Of a stretch of DNA of 64,000 nucleotides, positions 1 to 14,337 are shown piece by piece. This DNA is from Octopus sinensis (lineage: Eukaryota), in contig NC_042998.1 in the NCBI RefSeq assembly GCF_006345805.1, positions 129,642,001-129,706,000 of the forward strand. The letters run 5' to 3'. How positions within the stretch are numbered: the first letter of the stretch is position 1; every line of letters begins with the position of its first letter. The notes under the pieces were generated by a model. That model ran no database searches, had not been told where the DNA came from, and worked only from the letters and a program-made list of their open reading frames with translations. Made by a program: the position numbers and the translations under genes.

Positions 1-377
1 ACTTTTGCAAAATCTGACGAGATGAAGCAAAATATTTTCCCAAGAATCCTGCATGATACATAACGAAATTCTTAAGCTGATTAGTAATAGCTTAGCAATT
101 AAGGGGGTATTTTTAGATTTACGTTTAAAGATTTGAAATGTTTATGATGAAATATAATTGAAAATAATAAAAAAAGACTTTAAAGGTCATTAAATGTCAA
201 TTTATATTTCCTTTCCGATGAAATCAGTTAGAATATAATTTTATTTCTTTATGTATTTATTTGCGTTATCTAATTCTGTATCTATCGATCTATTAGCCTA
301 TCTCTCTATGCATCAGTCGTGATGAAGGTATATATTATTTTTATATGGCTACATGCATGCATACAAGTACTAATATG

Positions 378-446
378 CACAAATACATACATACATACAT
401 ACATACATACATACCTACATACATACATACATACACTCATACATAC

Positions 447-506
<60 letters not shown>

Positions 507-530
507 ATATATACATATACATATACATAC
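378..530. repeat. (TACA)n/(TA)n compound microsatellite
   Basis: Directly visible tandem tetra- and dinucleotide units; it accounts for the low-complexity ORFs at 306-611. Confidence 0.95.
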
Positions 531-794
531 ATACGCGTGTTTACGTGTGCATGTATATGGATGATGTATGTGTGCATTGCGTTTCTTCAATTTCCCATCA
601 TGCTTTATTAAGCAGAAAATCTACATAGGCCAGCATTAATTTGAAACATAACATGGAGGCAATGAGAAAAATATAGATACTTCTAAGGCGGCATCATACT
701 TAAACGAAAGCAAGAACAAGGACAACAACAGCAACTGTCATAAAACAACACTAACAACGATGAGTATGGCGTAGCTGGCAACGACGATGACGAC

Positions 795-813
795 AATAAT
801 GATAATAATAATA

Positions 814-846
<33 letters not shown>

Positions 847-970
847 TAATAATAATGATATAATAATAATATAATATAATAATAATAATAATAATAATAT
901 TAATAATAATATAATAATAATAATAATAGCAATAATAATAATAATAATATAATATAATAATATAATAATA

Positions 971-1012
<42 letters not shown>
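795..1012. repeat. (AAT)n microsatellite, imperfect
   Basis: Run of aat units with occasional phase slips. Confidence 0.95.
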
Positions 1013-1014
<2 letters not shown>

Positions 1015-1525
1015 GTAATACTACGAAGAGAGAGATGGTTGATGATGATGAAGATGGCGACAGTTTTTTAGTTGTCACTGGGATACATGTGGAGAGAAAT
1101 ATAACGAGAGAGTATACAATTTATCTGTAGGTTACATACGAAGAAGAAAGAGTGAATAGAAGAGATGAATTGCAAAGTATACATAAAATAATGAAGATGA
1201 TAATGACGGTAATGATGATAGCTTTCTAATTGCCACAAGGCTGATGTGTGATATAGTATTACATTATCATAGAAATTCGAAGAAGGAGAAGCAAAAAATA
1301 AAGTGTGGTATATACTGTATACAAATAGAATATACAAGTTGGTTATTACGACTATCAAGAACTCCACATACTGAAAACAAAAGACAAAGACAGGTGTAGG
1401 ACAACAAGTATGTGGATTAATTTAACAGTCGGGAAAAATGGAGTCTATGCTTTCGACAGAAAGTATTAAGAGGGAAAAAAGCAGAGTGAAAAATTTTGTA
1501 GAGATAAACGGTTCAGCAAGACGAA

Positions 1526-1556
<31 letters not shown>

Positions 1557-1595
1557 GATAGATAAGAAAGTTTGTTTGGTAAAGCACGTGGGTGA

Positions 1596-1993
1596 ATATA
1601 TAAGAAAATAGTAAAGTGTGAAAAAACGACAGAAGGCTTAAATGTTAAAAAATATATATATTTGTGTCAAAATGTCTGGAGGATATTGGAAAATTTTTTT
1701 TCCTTTCCTTAAAATGACATAATTTTAAAATTTTTAAAGAAATTACCGGTTTCGCGTGTAGCTTTTCAAATTTCTTGTGACGTTATGTTTATATTGCCAT
1801 ATATAAATATAACGTCACAAGAAATTTGAAAAGCTACACGCGAAACCGGTAATTTCTTTAAAAATTTAAAAATTATGTCATTTTAAGGAAAGGAAAAAAA
1901 TTTTCCAATATTCTCCAGACATTTTGACACAAATATATATATTTTTTAACATTTAAGCCTTCTGTCGTTTTTTCACACTTTACTATTTTCTTA

Positions 1994-1998
<5 letters not shown>
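1596..1998. mobile_element. Near-perfect ~200-bp-arm palindrome made of two PLE-type 3' ends pointing outward
   Basis: 1596-1794 is the reverse complement of 1801-1998, with a loop of about 6 nt. The same arm occurs singly at about 35725-35914, downstream of a PLE GIY-YIG C-terminus. The right end runs into (TA)n. Confidence 0.85.
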
Positions 1999-2208
<210 letters not shown>

Positions 2209-2224
2209 GACATCTCTACGGTTA

Positions 2225-2414
2225 TCTATTTTTCATCGTGTTTTCAAATAGCCAGATAACCGAAGAGATGTCGTGGATTCCCACTTCGGCATCTGAAACT
2301 CAGAGTTTTATCTTGACTATCGAGTAATGTAACATATTATTGTATAGATAAATTTCCTCTATTTACATAATATTGAGGTCTCTTTCTTTCTTTTGTTATC
2401 TTACCGTTTTACCA

Positions 2415-2416
<2 letters not shown>
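2225..2416 (+). mobile_element. PLE-type 3' terminal fragment with a degenerate hammerhead motif (2254-2313), embedded in (TA)n
   Basis: agataa-CCGAAGA-gatgtcg...cggcatct-GAAA-ctcagagt-t-ttatct gives stems I, II and III, but with U4>C in the core. (TA)n lies on both sides. Confidence 0.55.
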
Positions 2417-2470
<54 letters not shown>

Positions 2471-2472
<2 letters not shown>

Positions 2473-2602
2473 TTATTTTATAGAAGGAGCTTCTACAGGA
2501 CTAGAACTGTTTCATTCAAAAGAAATCATCAGGAAGCTTCCTGATGATTTCTTTTGAATGAAACAGTTCTAGTCCTGTAGAAGCTCCTTGTATAAAATAA
2601 AT
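2471..2602. ncRNA. 132-bp spacerless palindrome carrying a type I hammerhead-like motif on each strand (+ strand 2535-2585)
   Basis: 66-bp arms centred at 2536/2537 with one mismatch (2483/2590). Stem I agcttc/gaagct; core CTGATGA 2541-2547; GAAA 2560-2563; stem III acag/ctgt; GUA site 2577-2579. The stem II closing pair is a non-canonical U-U. Confidence 0.7.
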
Positions 2603-2667
2603 TAATTTACTCTGCTATGTATTGAGTACCTTATTTACTGTGGTTAACCCCGACTCAACCCGGGACC

Positions 2668-2747
<80 letters not shown>

Positions 2748-3239
2748 GTGTGTGCGCTTGCTTGTATGCGAGTATGTGTGTGTATATATTCAATCATAAT
2801 TTTTTCAAATCATACATACATACACACACACCAAAGTCGTCAGCAGTTCTTCGCGTCCGATAATCTCATCTTACTTGTAATTAAGGTGTATCCTCCATAA
2901 TGATGCCGTTGATGACTAGCAATCAAAGCGTTCCACAGAATAGGTAGGGATAAAGATGTCAAGAAAAAGACGGTGAAGAGCTTAGCTGTTGCACCTTGCT
3001 TTCTTCACCCTTTTCTTCAACTTTTCTTTTTCTTCTGATTACAAAACTCTTTATGGCGTTACTCTGGTTGAAGGGGTTCTGGTTTTCCATTTTCCATTCC
3101 TTTCCTCATTCCAGTACTATTGAAGATCAGTTGAGATGCTTTTAACGGCGGGAAGAGGAAAGTGTACATATACTTACGTACATCTATACATACACATACG
3201 TACATATATAGCTTAGGTAACTTAGATATGTTTCGACCA

Positions 3240-5885
3240 AAAATTGGTCCAGGACATTTCTGACTTCTGATTAGCTAAATCCTTTTTAAGTCAAGTTTTG
3301 TGGTATCATGGATCATTCGAGTAGAGTTATATCCAAGTATAGGTGGCTTATCTGGCATTCATTGAGGAAATGTGTCCAGATTTCGTTTAAATGCGATGAG
3401 ATCCTTTTCCTCTTTGATCTGTTTTGGGACAATGTTAAATTGGGCAGGGCCTGTTGAAGAAAAGAAATTGTATCGCAGTGTATTTATGTGTTGTGATTCT
3501 GAATTGGGTAGGGGACGTATGGCCAGTGGGCTTAGCTTTGGATGAATTTTGAAGCTAATGTTGAGGCCGTTTGGGCAATGCTGGTGGTAATTCCCCACAT
3601 CGTGCAAATGATGTACAGTTCATGGCGGCGCTGGAGAGAATAGAGTTTTAATGCATTAACGCGGTCCCAATAATCGTGATCAATTATACCCTTAATTCTT
3701 TTAGCGAATGACCTGTGGGGTGATTCAATTTTTGAAATGTTCTGTTTTGTATGGGGAGATCACAGGGGGCAGCAGTATTCGAGGTGTGGCCATACAGAGG
3801 GGGAGAAAAGATGAATAATGACACGCTGATCTCTGGATTGGGAGGTTCTTAGGATCCAGGAGCTTATTCTACGAGCTATATCGACCTTATTGTTGATGTG
3901 GGCACTCCAGCTGAGATTGTTGTCATCAATTACTCCTAGGTTTCTGATATTATTAGATGCTATCAGTGGTTCCTCTGTAGGAAGAAATTATGGTTGTTTT
4001 AGCATAGTCTTTCTTCTAAAATACATTAGCTCAAATTTTTCATTCTTTAGCTGCATTTTTTTTTTTTGTCTGAACATTGACTCACAACATGAAGATTAGA
4101 CTAGAGCTCAGTTCGGCCTTCTTCTTCATTGATAATTTTCTGGAGCTTAGATTCATCAGCGAATATTTTCACTTTGCTGAGTTTTACGACGCTGGAAAGG
4201 TCGCAAAACTATAAAGAGAAGCGGGTCCAAGAGAGTCCCCTGAGAGACACCACTGGTGAATTTTGCTGGTCTTGAGTGGATTCCACCGATCACATGTATT
4301 CTGTTCTCTAGGAAATACTCAATTCAGTGTAGTAGTTTTCCACGGATTCTCACATTTCATAATTTTGACAGTAGGATATTATGGTCGACTTTGTTAAGAT
4401 ATATAACATCAGAGTGTGAACCTGATCCCAAGGCTTTAAGTATATCATCGATGTAGTGTCAGAGCTGTATTAGACAGTCCCTGTCGCCGCGAAAACCATG
4501 CTGGTTTGAGTTTAGGAGATTGTGGCTCTCCAGGAAGCCAACCGTCCTTGATCTCACTATCCTTTCAAACACTTTAATGATATAGGAGGTGAGTGAGATT
4601 GGGTAATAGGTGACTGCGAGGGATCTGTTTCCCTGTTTGAAAACCGGGATGACAGACTGGGATAAGAGGTGTTTCGATATATAACCTGAATCTAAAGAAT
4701 GTCTCCAGAGGTTGGTTAGAGAGACTGCGAGTTGGTGTCTATATTCCTTCAGAAGACTAGCGTGGAATCTATCAGGGACTACAGCAGTGTAGTCTTTGAT
4801 CACATTTATTGCTGCTATGATGTATGAAGCAGTAAAGGTTATGTCCGATATTATATGTTGGGAATCGAGTTCGTTCACATCCCTTTCGTCATTATCAGTG
4901 GGATCACTAAAGAAAGAGTAGTATTGTTTCTGTAGTATTTCTGCCATTTCTTTAGCATCATGAAAATGTCATTATCATCGATCAATGGACCAACGGGTGA
5001 GACAGCGGTTCGATGCTTATTTTCATATGAATAGAACACTTTTGGGTTCTGCTTGATTTTTTGATTATCCACTGTTCCTCTGCAGCACTTTGATTTTCAT
5101 AGCAGGTTTTCATGTTGGCCTGCAGATGAAGTTTATCCAACTCCAACCTTTTCATTGTTGTTGAATGTGGATGTTGTATGTGGGATTATTTTAATTGATT
5201 GATTTTAAAGTCTTTTGATGCTCTTAATAAGTGGGTTTTTTTTCTATCTAGGGAGCCTATTTCTGCTTGTGATAGTGGATATCGTTAGAGCGTGTTTTGA
5301 ACATGTATAGGTAACAATGTTCTCAAAGCGCTGCCGTGTGGTTTCAACGTCAGTGAAACCGAGAGTGAAGGATCAGTCAGTAAAGGACAGATCCTTTTTG
5401 ATTGCTTCCCAGTCCGCTTTGTGGAAATTTATGTTGTCAAATAAGTGCAGTGGTGTGGGATTGGCTGGTTTGATGTTGATATGTCGGAAATTAAAGTTGC
5501 AGAGTATCATGTCGTTGTCCGAGAGGAAAGTCTTTTCAATTGAAATGCAGTGAATGGAGCTAGAGTGTTTTGTTAATATTAGATCCAAGATAGTTCTACT
5601 CTGTCTTGTTTGTTCGAGCACTAGCTGTGTCCGGAAAAATTAATCCATTAGATTAAAGATTAATTCTGCTGCTGCTTTGTCTGGTGTAGTGCAGTTGTCT
5701 AACTTCAGAGTATTTGTGGGCCACTTTATATAAAGGAGGTTAAAATCACCCATCTCCAGTATGATTCCGGAGTTGTATTTTTGAAAAAAGGATTGGTTTT
5801 GTGGAGGCATTCTTCAGGGTATTTTAGAGGTGCTTGGGGAGGCCTGTAGAGACCAACAATGTTTGCGTCGTTGGCCTGTTGAATA
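3240..5885 (-). mobile_element. Degraded, 5'-truncated CR1/L2-group LINE (APE endonuclease plus RT)
   Basis: Minus-strand motifs: YRPP and GDFN (about 5700-5880), LDLIL...SD (5373-5621), PISLTS..IKVFE..V..N.NQHGF (4459-4947), FADESK in place of FADD (about 4150), and a C-terminal FKRNLD (3359-3607). Many stops and frameshifts. Confidence 0.88.
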
Positions 5886-6450
5886 GTGATATGGATTCAC
5901 AGTAGCCACTGGAAAATATTTGCTTGGCATCAACTGCAAAGGAGTCATGGAGAAAGATGGCTGTTCCTCCTTTATTTCGGTCTTATATATTCATATATAT
6001 ATATATATGTGTATGTGTGTGCGTGTGTGTGCGTGTGTGTGTACATTTACATGCATACACACACAGACGCACACACACACACACACAAAAACACACACGC
6101 AAACGAATTTTAGTCTAGTTCATGTGTATTTATGACATATTTTAACTTTAGTAGTTACCGTGGAGAGAAATAACCTCTTTTATGTTAAAAGATGAAAAAA
6201 AATACCCATATCTATACGGTGCTTCGCCCTATAAGATTCCCTGACAGCTTTTTCCATGCTCTCCAACCTCAATGCGAAATACCGAAGGGAGATAACCAGT
6301 TGCAGGAAGCGTCCTCTTGTCGTTAAAATAGTATTAACGTCGGTTCCAACGGAACTGCCATGTTGAAGTGGCGATAATCATTACTTCACTGTATAGTTTA
6401 TAGTTACTGATTTCATCCTTTACAGAATTTTTCTAACTCGCTAATTTGCT

Positions 6451-6529
<79 letters not shown>

Positions 6530-7465
6530 TCGCACACTTACACATACACACACATATACATACTATATATATATGTTATATATATATATGCATATATACA
6601 TATACTTCTATATATATATATATGTATATGTATATATACATACGTTGATGTGTGTATGTACATATATTCATATGTATATATATATATATGTGTGTGTGTG
6701 TGTATGTGTGTTTGTGTGTGTGTATGTGTGTTTGTGTGTGTGTATGTGTGTGCGTGTGTTATCTACAAACCTCTTACATATGCATGTATCACATACACGC
6801 ACACAGAAAGATACATAACGCGATATATCACATAAAACTAGTAATTTTTATTAACTGTTTTTCTTTGATACAACCCAGATTTCTTGTAACTTTGCAACTT
6901 CACCGAACATCTAACTAAAACCTAGAAAGTAGGAAGTAACTTTAAATAATCTTGACAAATAAAAACACTGAGATAAACAAGATTTTGTTATTCTTTTGTT
7001 CATCAATAATGGTTCGAAACACTGATCTCTAGACATCGTCTCTACTGAAACAAAGAGATAAGTAAATGATATTTATTGCGACACACAACGTTCCCTCATG
7101 ACGATCTCATTTCGAACTTCGCAAAATTCTCGTATATTTCAGACATACAAAACACACAACACCAGAGGCACAGAAGTAATACTACCGTCACATTCACCGA
7201 GTACTGATCCACCAGCTACAACGTTTTCTGATAAGATCAATAGTAAAGCAATTCTTTTCAATGTGATTGATCACAGATAAGTTTCAAATCTATTTACACT
7301 CAGAGGAATATTGATGAATGCTTTTCAAATTTCGCTCTTTAATATTAGAATATTGAAAATATGAATAGAAGCGTGGATATAAATTATATATCTATATATG
7401 TATATGTATATGTGTGACAGTGGGTGTGATGTGCTTGTGTACAATTAGGTATTTCTTATGTATAC

Positions 7466-7521
<56 letters not shown>

Positions 7522-7949
7522 ATATATATATATATATATGCATACAAACAGACATACACATATGTATATGGACATATATATAATTATATACCGATATACA
7601 TATATTTATATATATATATATGTTTATATATATATATATATATCCCTTTATTTTTGTATTTATCTTATATGTATCGATATATGTATCCCTGTATGTATGC
7701 ATACATTATATATTTGAAATATCATTGCACAAGTTTGTCGCACAATAGACCAAATATGAATAAAAAGATATATAGCAATAATGTATATTGGTGCATAATA
7801 CACATACATTGTCATATAGTGTATGCAAATATATATACATATAAAAGTTGTAATAATGATAGGAAACCGAACTTATACGACTCGATGCCAATATAAGCTA
7901 ACTGGTTCAGCGGCTGAGATTCCACTTACGTAGCTACACTAACAACAAT

Positions 7950-8800
7950 ATGGAGGAGTTTGTTTCATTTGCCTTGAAAAGAAAATCATGTTGTGTTAAA
8001 ACAGCTGAAATCAAAGTTAGGGAAGGCAATTCACTCCGAATCCCATTCAGGAGCAATGGGCATCGCTGTTTTGCCATTTTTCTGACTTATCAACATCACG
8101 TACTTGACACAAATGATAAACTACTTATTTTCTCCTTCTTCATTTCGCATCCTATGTGCCACCTTTTAATGGGTATTGCATTTTCAATTTGTAGCCACGT
8201 ACAACACAATCTTCGTGCTCTTCACGAAGAATCATGTCCTCAAGGTCTTGGTTTACATTTAATATTATTCTATTAACTTCATAGAATAGAAAATTTGAGG
8301 TATGAATGTTGATATTTATTAGTGTCGTTATCTAGCGTTATTAATATCATATTTATCGAAGTTGTTATATTTGTTTTCTCCTTATTGTTGCTAGTGTTAA
8401 TGGTGTCATTGTTCGTAGTGATGCTATTGTTTCTAATTGTGTCTTTTATTTTCGTTGTAGTGTGCCCATTTTTATCATTGGTGCTTCTTATTTTTTATGT
8501 AGAGGGTTCTAATTGAATGGATTCTTTCACCATTTAAAGTGATATGTTTTTAATTTAAGGGTACTCTATGCAAGGAATTTAGTGTTATATTTTTTCTATG
8601 ACTATATAATGGTTTTCGATATTCATGAACAAGTTTGTTTGCGAAGTGATCTATTTTTTGGCTTTGCTTTTCTGTGAGATAAAATCTTCCAATGATCCTA
8701 GTGGTTCTGTGTGGCCTTTATATACGTTTATGTGCGGAAGTTTGCATTTCTAAATTTACGTATAATGAAAGAGAATATAAGCATGTCTCCTATATAAGCC
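7950..8800 (-). mobile_element. Possible very old PLE relic
   Basis: Minus-strand translation IIGRFYL...IDHF...KYNTKFLA*ST weakly resembles the PLE thumb/linker, and is followed by an N/D-rich stretch. Weak evidence. Confidence 0.3.
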
Positions 8801-9269
8801 CGTATCTATTTTAAATCAGATCTAGAAGAGATTACAATAGATATTAATTTTTTTACTGATATTGTAGACACAAATATGTGCTTCAATTTTCTAATTTTTC
8901 TGAGACAAATACCAAATCAATTTTTGATATTTGTTCCAGAAAGTACTTGATTTTATAATTCTTTTATCGTTCTTCATATTTTACTATTTCATTTTATCTC
9001 ACGATCTTTATCGAGTATCGATAATATATTTCTAAAGCTCTGTTAATCTAGATTCACTATTAATAACATAAAAGGGAAAAAGAAAAGATGCAATATTTAT
9101 GTTGATTTGCTGGAGAATGATGGAATATATCGAATGCTGCTTCAATTTATATTTTGAAGATAAAATGTAAAAGAAAAGGAGGATTCCTATATTTATTAAT
9201 AGTTCATATTCCTGAATCTAAAATATAAGGATAGAGAATTTTTGGTTCCATAATATTATTAGTTCTGTT

Positions 9270-9560
9270 TAGGAAACTTGAGCGGCAGATGCACCGAGGT
9301 ATTTCTTGTGTTTCTTTACGTTGAGAGTTTAATTCTTACAGTGGCCAACTTGGATTGAATAATTAAATTACCATTAGAATACTGAGGTCGCTTTAATACA
9401 CCAACTCTTCTTCAAAATGCAGAGCTGCTCTCGGATTGGTAGAATCGTTAAAGTGCTGGGTAAAATGCTTTACAGTATTTTTCCGATTTTTAACATTCTG
9501 TGTTCGAATATTACTAAGGTCAACATTGCTTTTCATCTTTCCGGGGTCGATAAAATAATG
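9270..9560. mobile_element. Degraded SINE fragments
   Basis: 9520-9560 (ggtcaacattgcttttcatctttccggggtcgataaa) matches the SINE central domain seen on the minus strand at 59963-60130. Confidence 0.45.
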
Positions 9561-10901
9561 TGCCATCAAGTATCGATTAATTCCGCTTCCAAATTTCTGA
9601 TATTATTAATTTGTCAGAGATTAATTATTATTTTGTTATTATCGATAATAATCAATTTTATTGCAGATTCAATATAATGTGGCATTTAGTTACGCAATTC
9701 ACTGTATTAAAATAACGGGTTTTATTTTGTGATTGTGATAAATTAATACCAGTGAGATATTGGTGCTCGATTAACAGTAAAGCGGATTGACTCTCCTCCA
9801 AGATTATTGCTAATTCTAGAAATGCTTGATTTTCCGTTTATTAATAAATCAGTAACAGCAGAAATGCTTGATCACAACACTCTCTAGAAGGAAAATAATC
9901 TTTGACTGAAAGTGTATAATACAACCAAGGTCGGCAAGCCTGCCTTGAGCAAAATAAATTGTACAATGAGAAGTATTCAACTACAAATACATTGGAAGGA
10001 AGAAAAAAGATACAACATTTTCCTGTATGGGATGGAGGAAGTTTTTCACAGCTACTGCATGTGACGATAAATCAAATATCTTGAGGATAATTCATAGTTA
10101 GCATACAACTAAAAAGATGCTCGAATACACTCACACCTATAAACACTGATAAAAATACACACAGAGAGACACACAGACACACACACACACAAACACACAT
10201 GCACACGCACAGTCATATACGCGAGTGCACACACACACACACACACAGATACTCACAAATTATCTCATATATAAATACATATGAACAGAGGGAGAAAGAA
10301 GCTCAAATACAGTGAGTGATTAGAGATAAAGAAGGCAAAAACTGGAGAGAAACAAGAGAGGTTTATTAACGTAATGGAAGAAATTGTTTATTGTGCAAAT
10401 TATATAAAAATTATAAGAAATCATTTTCTTTCGTTTGTCTCGTGAAATGTGTATCCCCGGTTATATAAAACAACTCATTTTGACACAAGTGTACGTTACA
10501 TTGCAAGGTATAATATTTGGGAAATTTCTTTTTAAAATATTATTTGCATAGCTCAATTAAGAATCAAAATTGCCTTACATGTCAAGCTTGCCGGAGAACT
10601 CACATTTATTGTACAGCACTAAACATAATAGAAATATAACATTCTGTTTCCGAATTAGTAACTATCACTATAAATAATTCATATAATAGTGAACTTCAAT
10701 ACATATGACGCTTGTAGGTGCATATGTCACTCGAATGAAATGCAATTACATTAGTAGGGATTTGAAACAGCTTTATTGAGTTAGTTGACTACGGGGGACT
10801 GCGCTTTTTCTCCAGTGTTGTCTATAATATGTGCAATAACAGCAAATAAAGTACAAAGAGGAAATAGAATATTTAAAAACACATTATACATATACATATA
10901 C

Positions 10902-10962
<61 letters not shown>

Positions 10963-11463
10963 ATATATTATATATATATATATATGACCAAAAGTAAAAA
11001 TAAGTTGGAAAACATAATTTTTAAGAATAGAGAAAAATGCCTAGTAAAAAAATATCCTCTAGATAATTTCGACAAATTAGAATCAAAGGAAAACATTGAA
11101 ACAATTATTTTTAAATAACGTGTGTTGTTTAGTGATTCTTGTTGTTTGCAAATTATTGTTGTAATTATTCTATGTTGTTATATAGCAATATGTAATTACT
11201 TGCGTGAAATATACACATTTAAAAAATTAAATTTCTTTTTTCCTTCTCTTGTTCAATTAACATTAAACCAGCTTCCATGATGGCAAATGATTTTAAATAA
11301 ATTTATTTCTATCAATGTTTATTTAATTTAGAACGTAACTATGAAATTAACTACAAAATTTTAGGCCATATCTAAGAAGAAAGGGAGAAATAAATCTCTA
11401 TGTGATGTCTCATTCACTAATGCTTAAAGTTACTGTTGCTATATATCATATATTCAATATATC

Positions 11464-11540
<77 letters not shown>

Positions 11541-12559
11541 TGTGTATGTATATTAATTTAATTTGATCTGGATAATCACATTACAGTGTTCTTTCCAATG
11601 CTAGTATCCGGGTATCAGCTACCAAATGTTATCATACAGTAGGACTTCTCCTGTTACTGGATATACATACTGAAATCCGCGAAAATCCGTAGAGTATAGA
11701 CAATGAAATGTGAATATGAGAATATGGATTGAACAGGCTTTATTATAAATCACTACAATTGTTTAAACTTATCATTATCAGCTGTTAATTCCTGAATGTT
11801 GCATACAATATACGCAATATCAATATAATAATATTCAGCAATAGCAGTATATATGCACATCCAGAGTCAAATCATTTTATAGCTATACCGAAATACTATT
11901 TTTAGTATCCTTCTGAAAAAACAAGAGGAAGAAACTACAAAGCGATACAGATAAGAAAATACAGCAAAAATAATTTAAAGGAAATACAAACTAAAGTATA
12001 AAAACTGCATACCCATTCTATCTTTAACCACTGACTTGTCTGTAATAGAAAATAACTTTTATAAAATAGAAAAGAACATTTAACGAAAAGAATGTGATAA
12101 AAGGATAACCTTTAACAATTACCAGTCTCTTGTGTCTTCTAACGTTCTACTTCAAACAGAACCAGTGACATCAGCACGATACCAAAACCTGTCATCTTAC
12201 GGACTTAATTAGACATATAACATCACTGAAACTGTCTTTTCCCTGTTGGTTTCAAGTGTGTATATATACGTCCATATACCTTTACTCAACACTAATATAT
12301 ATATATGTACATATAGTTTTCGAAACATACACTCACATTTTTCATTATCATAAATGTATATTTAGTCATGTTACTCTACATATACAACTTACAGTCACGC
12401 TCATATATTAGTACCTTCTTTCTATCTATACCCAAGAAATTTCTAAACAAGCTTATATAGATACAATAAATTGTGTGTGTGTATGTATTTATAATTGATT
12501 GTATACAACTAATATATATAACTAAGAATCATAATACAAAAAACTCAATAAATACATTT

Positions 12560-13860
12560 CTAAGTAAAGAAATGTTTGCTCTCTTAAATATTAGGAGTTT
12601 CTTCCAAATTCCCAAAACGTGCTTTGAAAACTATGGTTACATTTTTTAACAATCTCAGAGTGCATGTTAATGATGTTATCATTGCATAATAAGATGCATA
12701 GTGTCTCTTCCATATATAAGGTACACGATTCTGAGTCTGCATTGCACAAGTATACATTCCGTATCACTGACCAAATCATGCTTTATTGCATATTTTTCTG
12801 ATTGAGGTTTTAGATCACGCCGGCAAAGAGTGAGTATTGTCATTTCCACGTGCTCTTAAATAATACAATATGGTTTCTCCAGAGTTTTCTTGAGCTGGTT
12901 GTTTATTGTACCTGTTTATGCATGTAGATATGTACACGTTCTGACAATACATTTGTACACAATGTTTCTACGCCAACATTCGTTTGCCAGAGGACATATT
13001 TTCCTAACTCTACAGTGATAATTTCTTTTTACTGTACTACTTCCACCTTGGTTACTACTTTAACTAATACTGATGTAGTTAATATTATTATTACATTCGT
13101 TGTTATCATTCCGTCCCCAATGTCATTATCATTAGGGCTTGCAACATTCACCTTGTTATTTACGTTATCTATATTAACATTAATGTTATTACTTATATTA
13201 GAATCATTTGAACCACCTTCATTACGCTGTCAACTATTACAATAATCCCTATTTGTGGAACTCACGTTATCTTGGACCATACTTTTAGTATTTGTGATTG
13301 TTTGAATCAGCTTCCTATTATGAAGTTTATGAATATGGTATTCCATGTTATTTGTTGTTGCATACGACACCTTCACCATATGCCTATTGAGCATTTTGTA
13401 GTATCAACTACAGTTAGCAAAATGTCTATCAAATGCAGAGGAAAATCCCCTAATAATTTTCGATGGTACATATCATCTAACTACCGGATTGTACCAAAAA
13501 CTACTACATTTATTTAGACATATTATTAGGTTTATTGAAGTTATTTTCGTTGTTATAGCGCATAGTAAAGTCATGAATATTGGAAATCAAAGTCAATTCT
13601 TGATTCCTATTTCTAATATCCTTATTTCATCTGTATTTTTACTTTCTATCTTTGATCAACAATTCGAAAACGATCTTAAATATATGCTTTCCTTTTATGC
13701 CTTAAACTTTATCATCTGAGTTTTCTTTATCATAAATATCAGTTCTACCTCTATAACTTTGGGTGTTTTAGAAATATCATACTTCTAATTCTCTCAGAGA
13801 GAGTTATTCAGTAACAACACGATAAAGTGATAGCTTGTTGCCAAATTGATATATGAATCC
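12560..13860 (-). mobile_element. Old PLE relic (RT thumb, linker and GIY-YIG), same clade as the 36-42 kb element
   Basis: Minus-strand translation: FDRHF...KMLNRHMVKVSYATTNNMEYHIHKLHNRKLI; KICPLANECWRRNIVYKCIV; IWSVIRNVYLCNADSESCTLYMEETLCIL. These parallel the motifs of the intact element. Confidence 0.75.
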
Positions 13861-14337
13861 CAGAAAAGGGAAGAATGCTACTGTTATTTATCCGCAAGAA
13901 ACACCGTTTCTAGTAGACAAGCTTTCTGTGTCTTTACGTTTTCAAATGGTGTTTTTATTTTTAGTTATATGTTGAATAACTACACTATTGTTTCGTGTAT
14001 ATTTAATTTTTTAATCTAACCTGCATTAGCTAAAACCGTGTATAGTAATGTACGTGTGAGTTGAATAACACGTTATTCGCAGAAAGCCCTGATATCCTGT
14101 TTGATACAATTTCACTATTTCTTACACTACTAAATGCGCAGGATTCAATTCTTTGCTGACTTCCTTAGATTTCCGTTACGTTTATGTTATGGTTCGTATA
14201 AGCCAGTATTTAAATTAAGCTTTCCTTGTTCTTTTGTCGAAGAAATACTAAAACTAGTATTTCGGTATGGGTATAAAATGTGGAGAAACTAAAGTTGATA
14301 TAGCAGTGCTTTTACTCTGGCCACTCGAGGATGCACA

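Noticed and set aside
306-1078. ORFs rich in YI/HT/poly-L/I, here and at many similar places (for example 6446-6918, 23239-23630, 44057-44696)
   Set aside because: They are translations of microsatellites, with no domain motifs or splice context.
10790-10815. gggggactgcg resembling the U1 snRNA 3' stem
   Set aside because: Only about 11 nt match; there is no Sm site and no upstream U1 sequence.
12123-12225. Minus-strand DDRFWYRADV, similar to a Tudor-domain motif, between AG and GT
   Set aside because: All three frames contain stops and the acceptor lacks a pyrimidine tract; at best a chance match or an unprovable relic.
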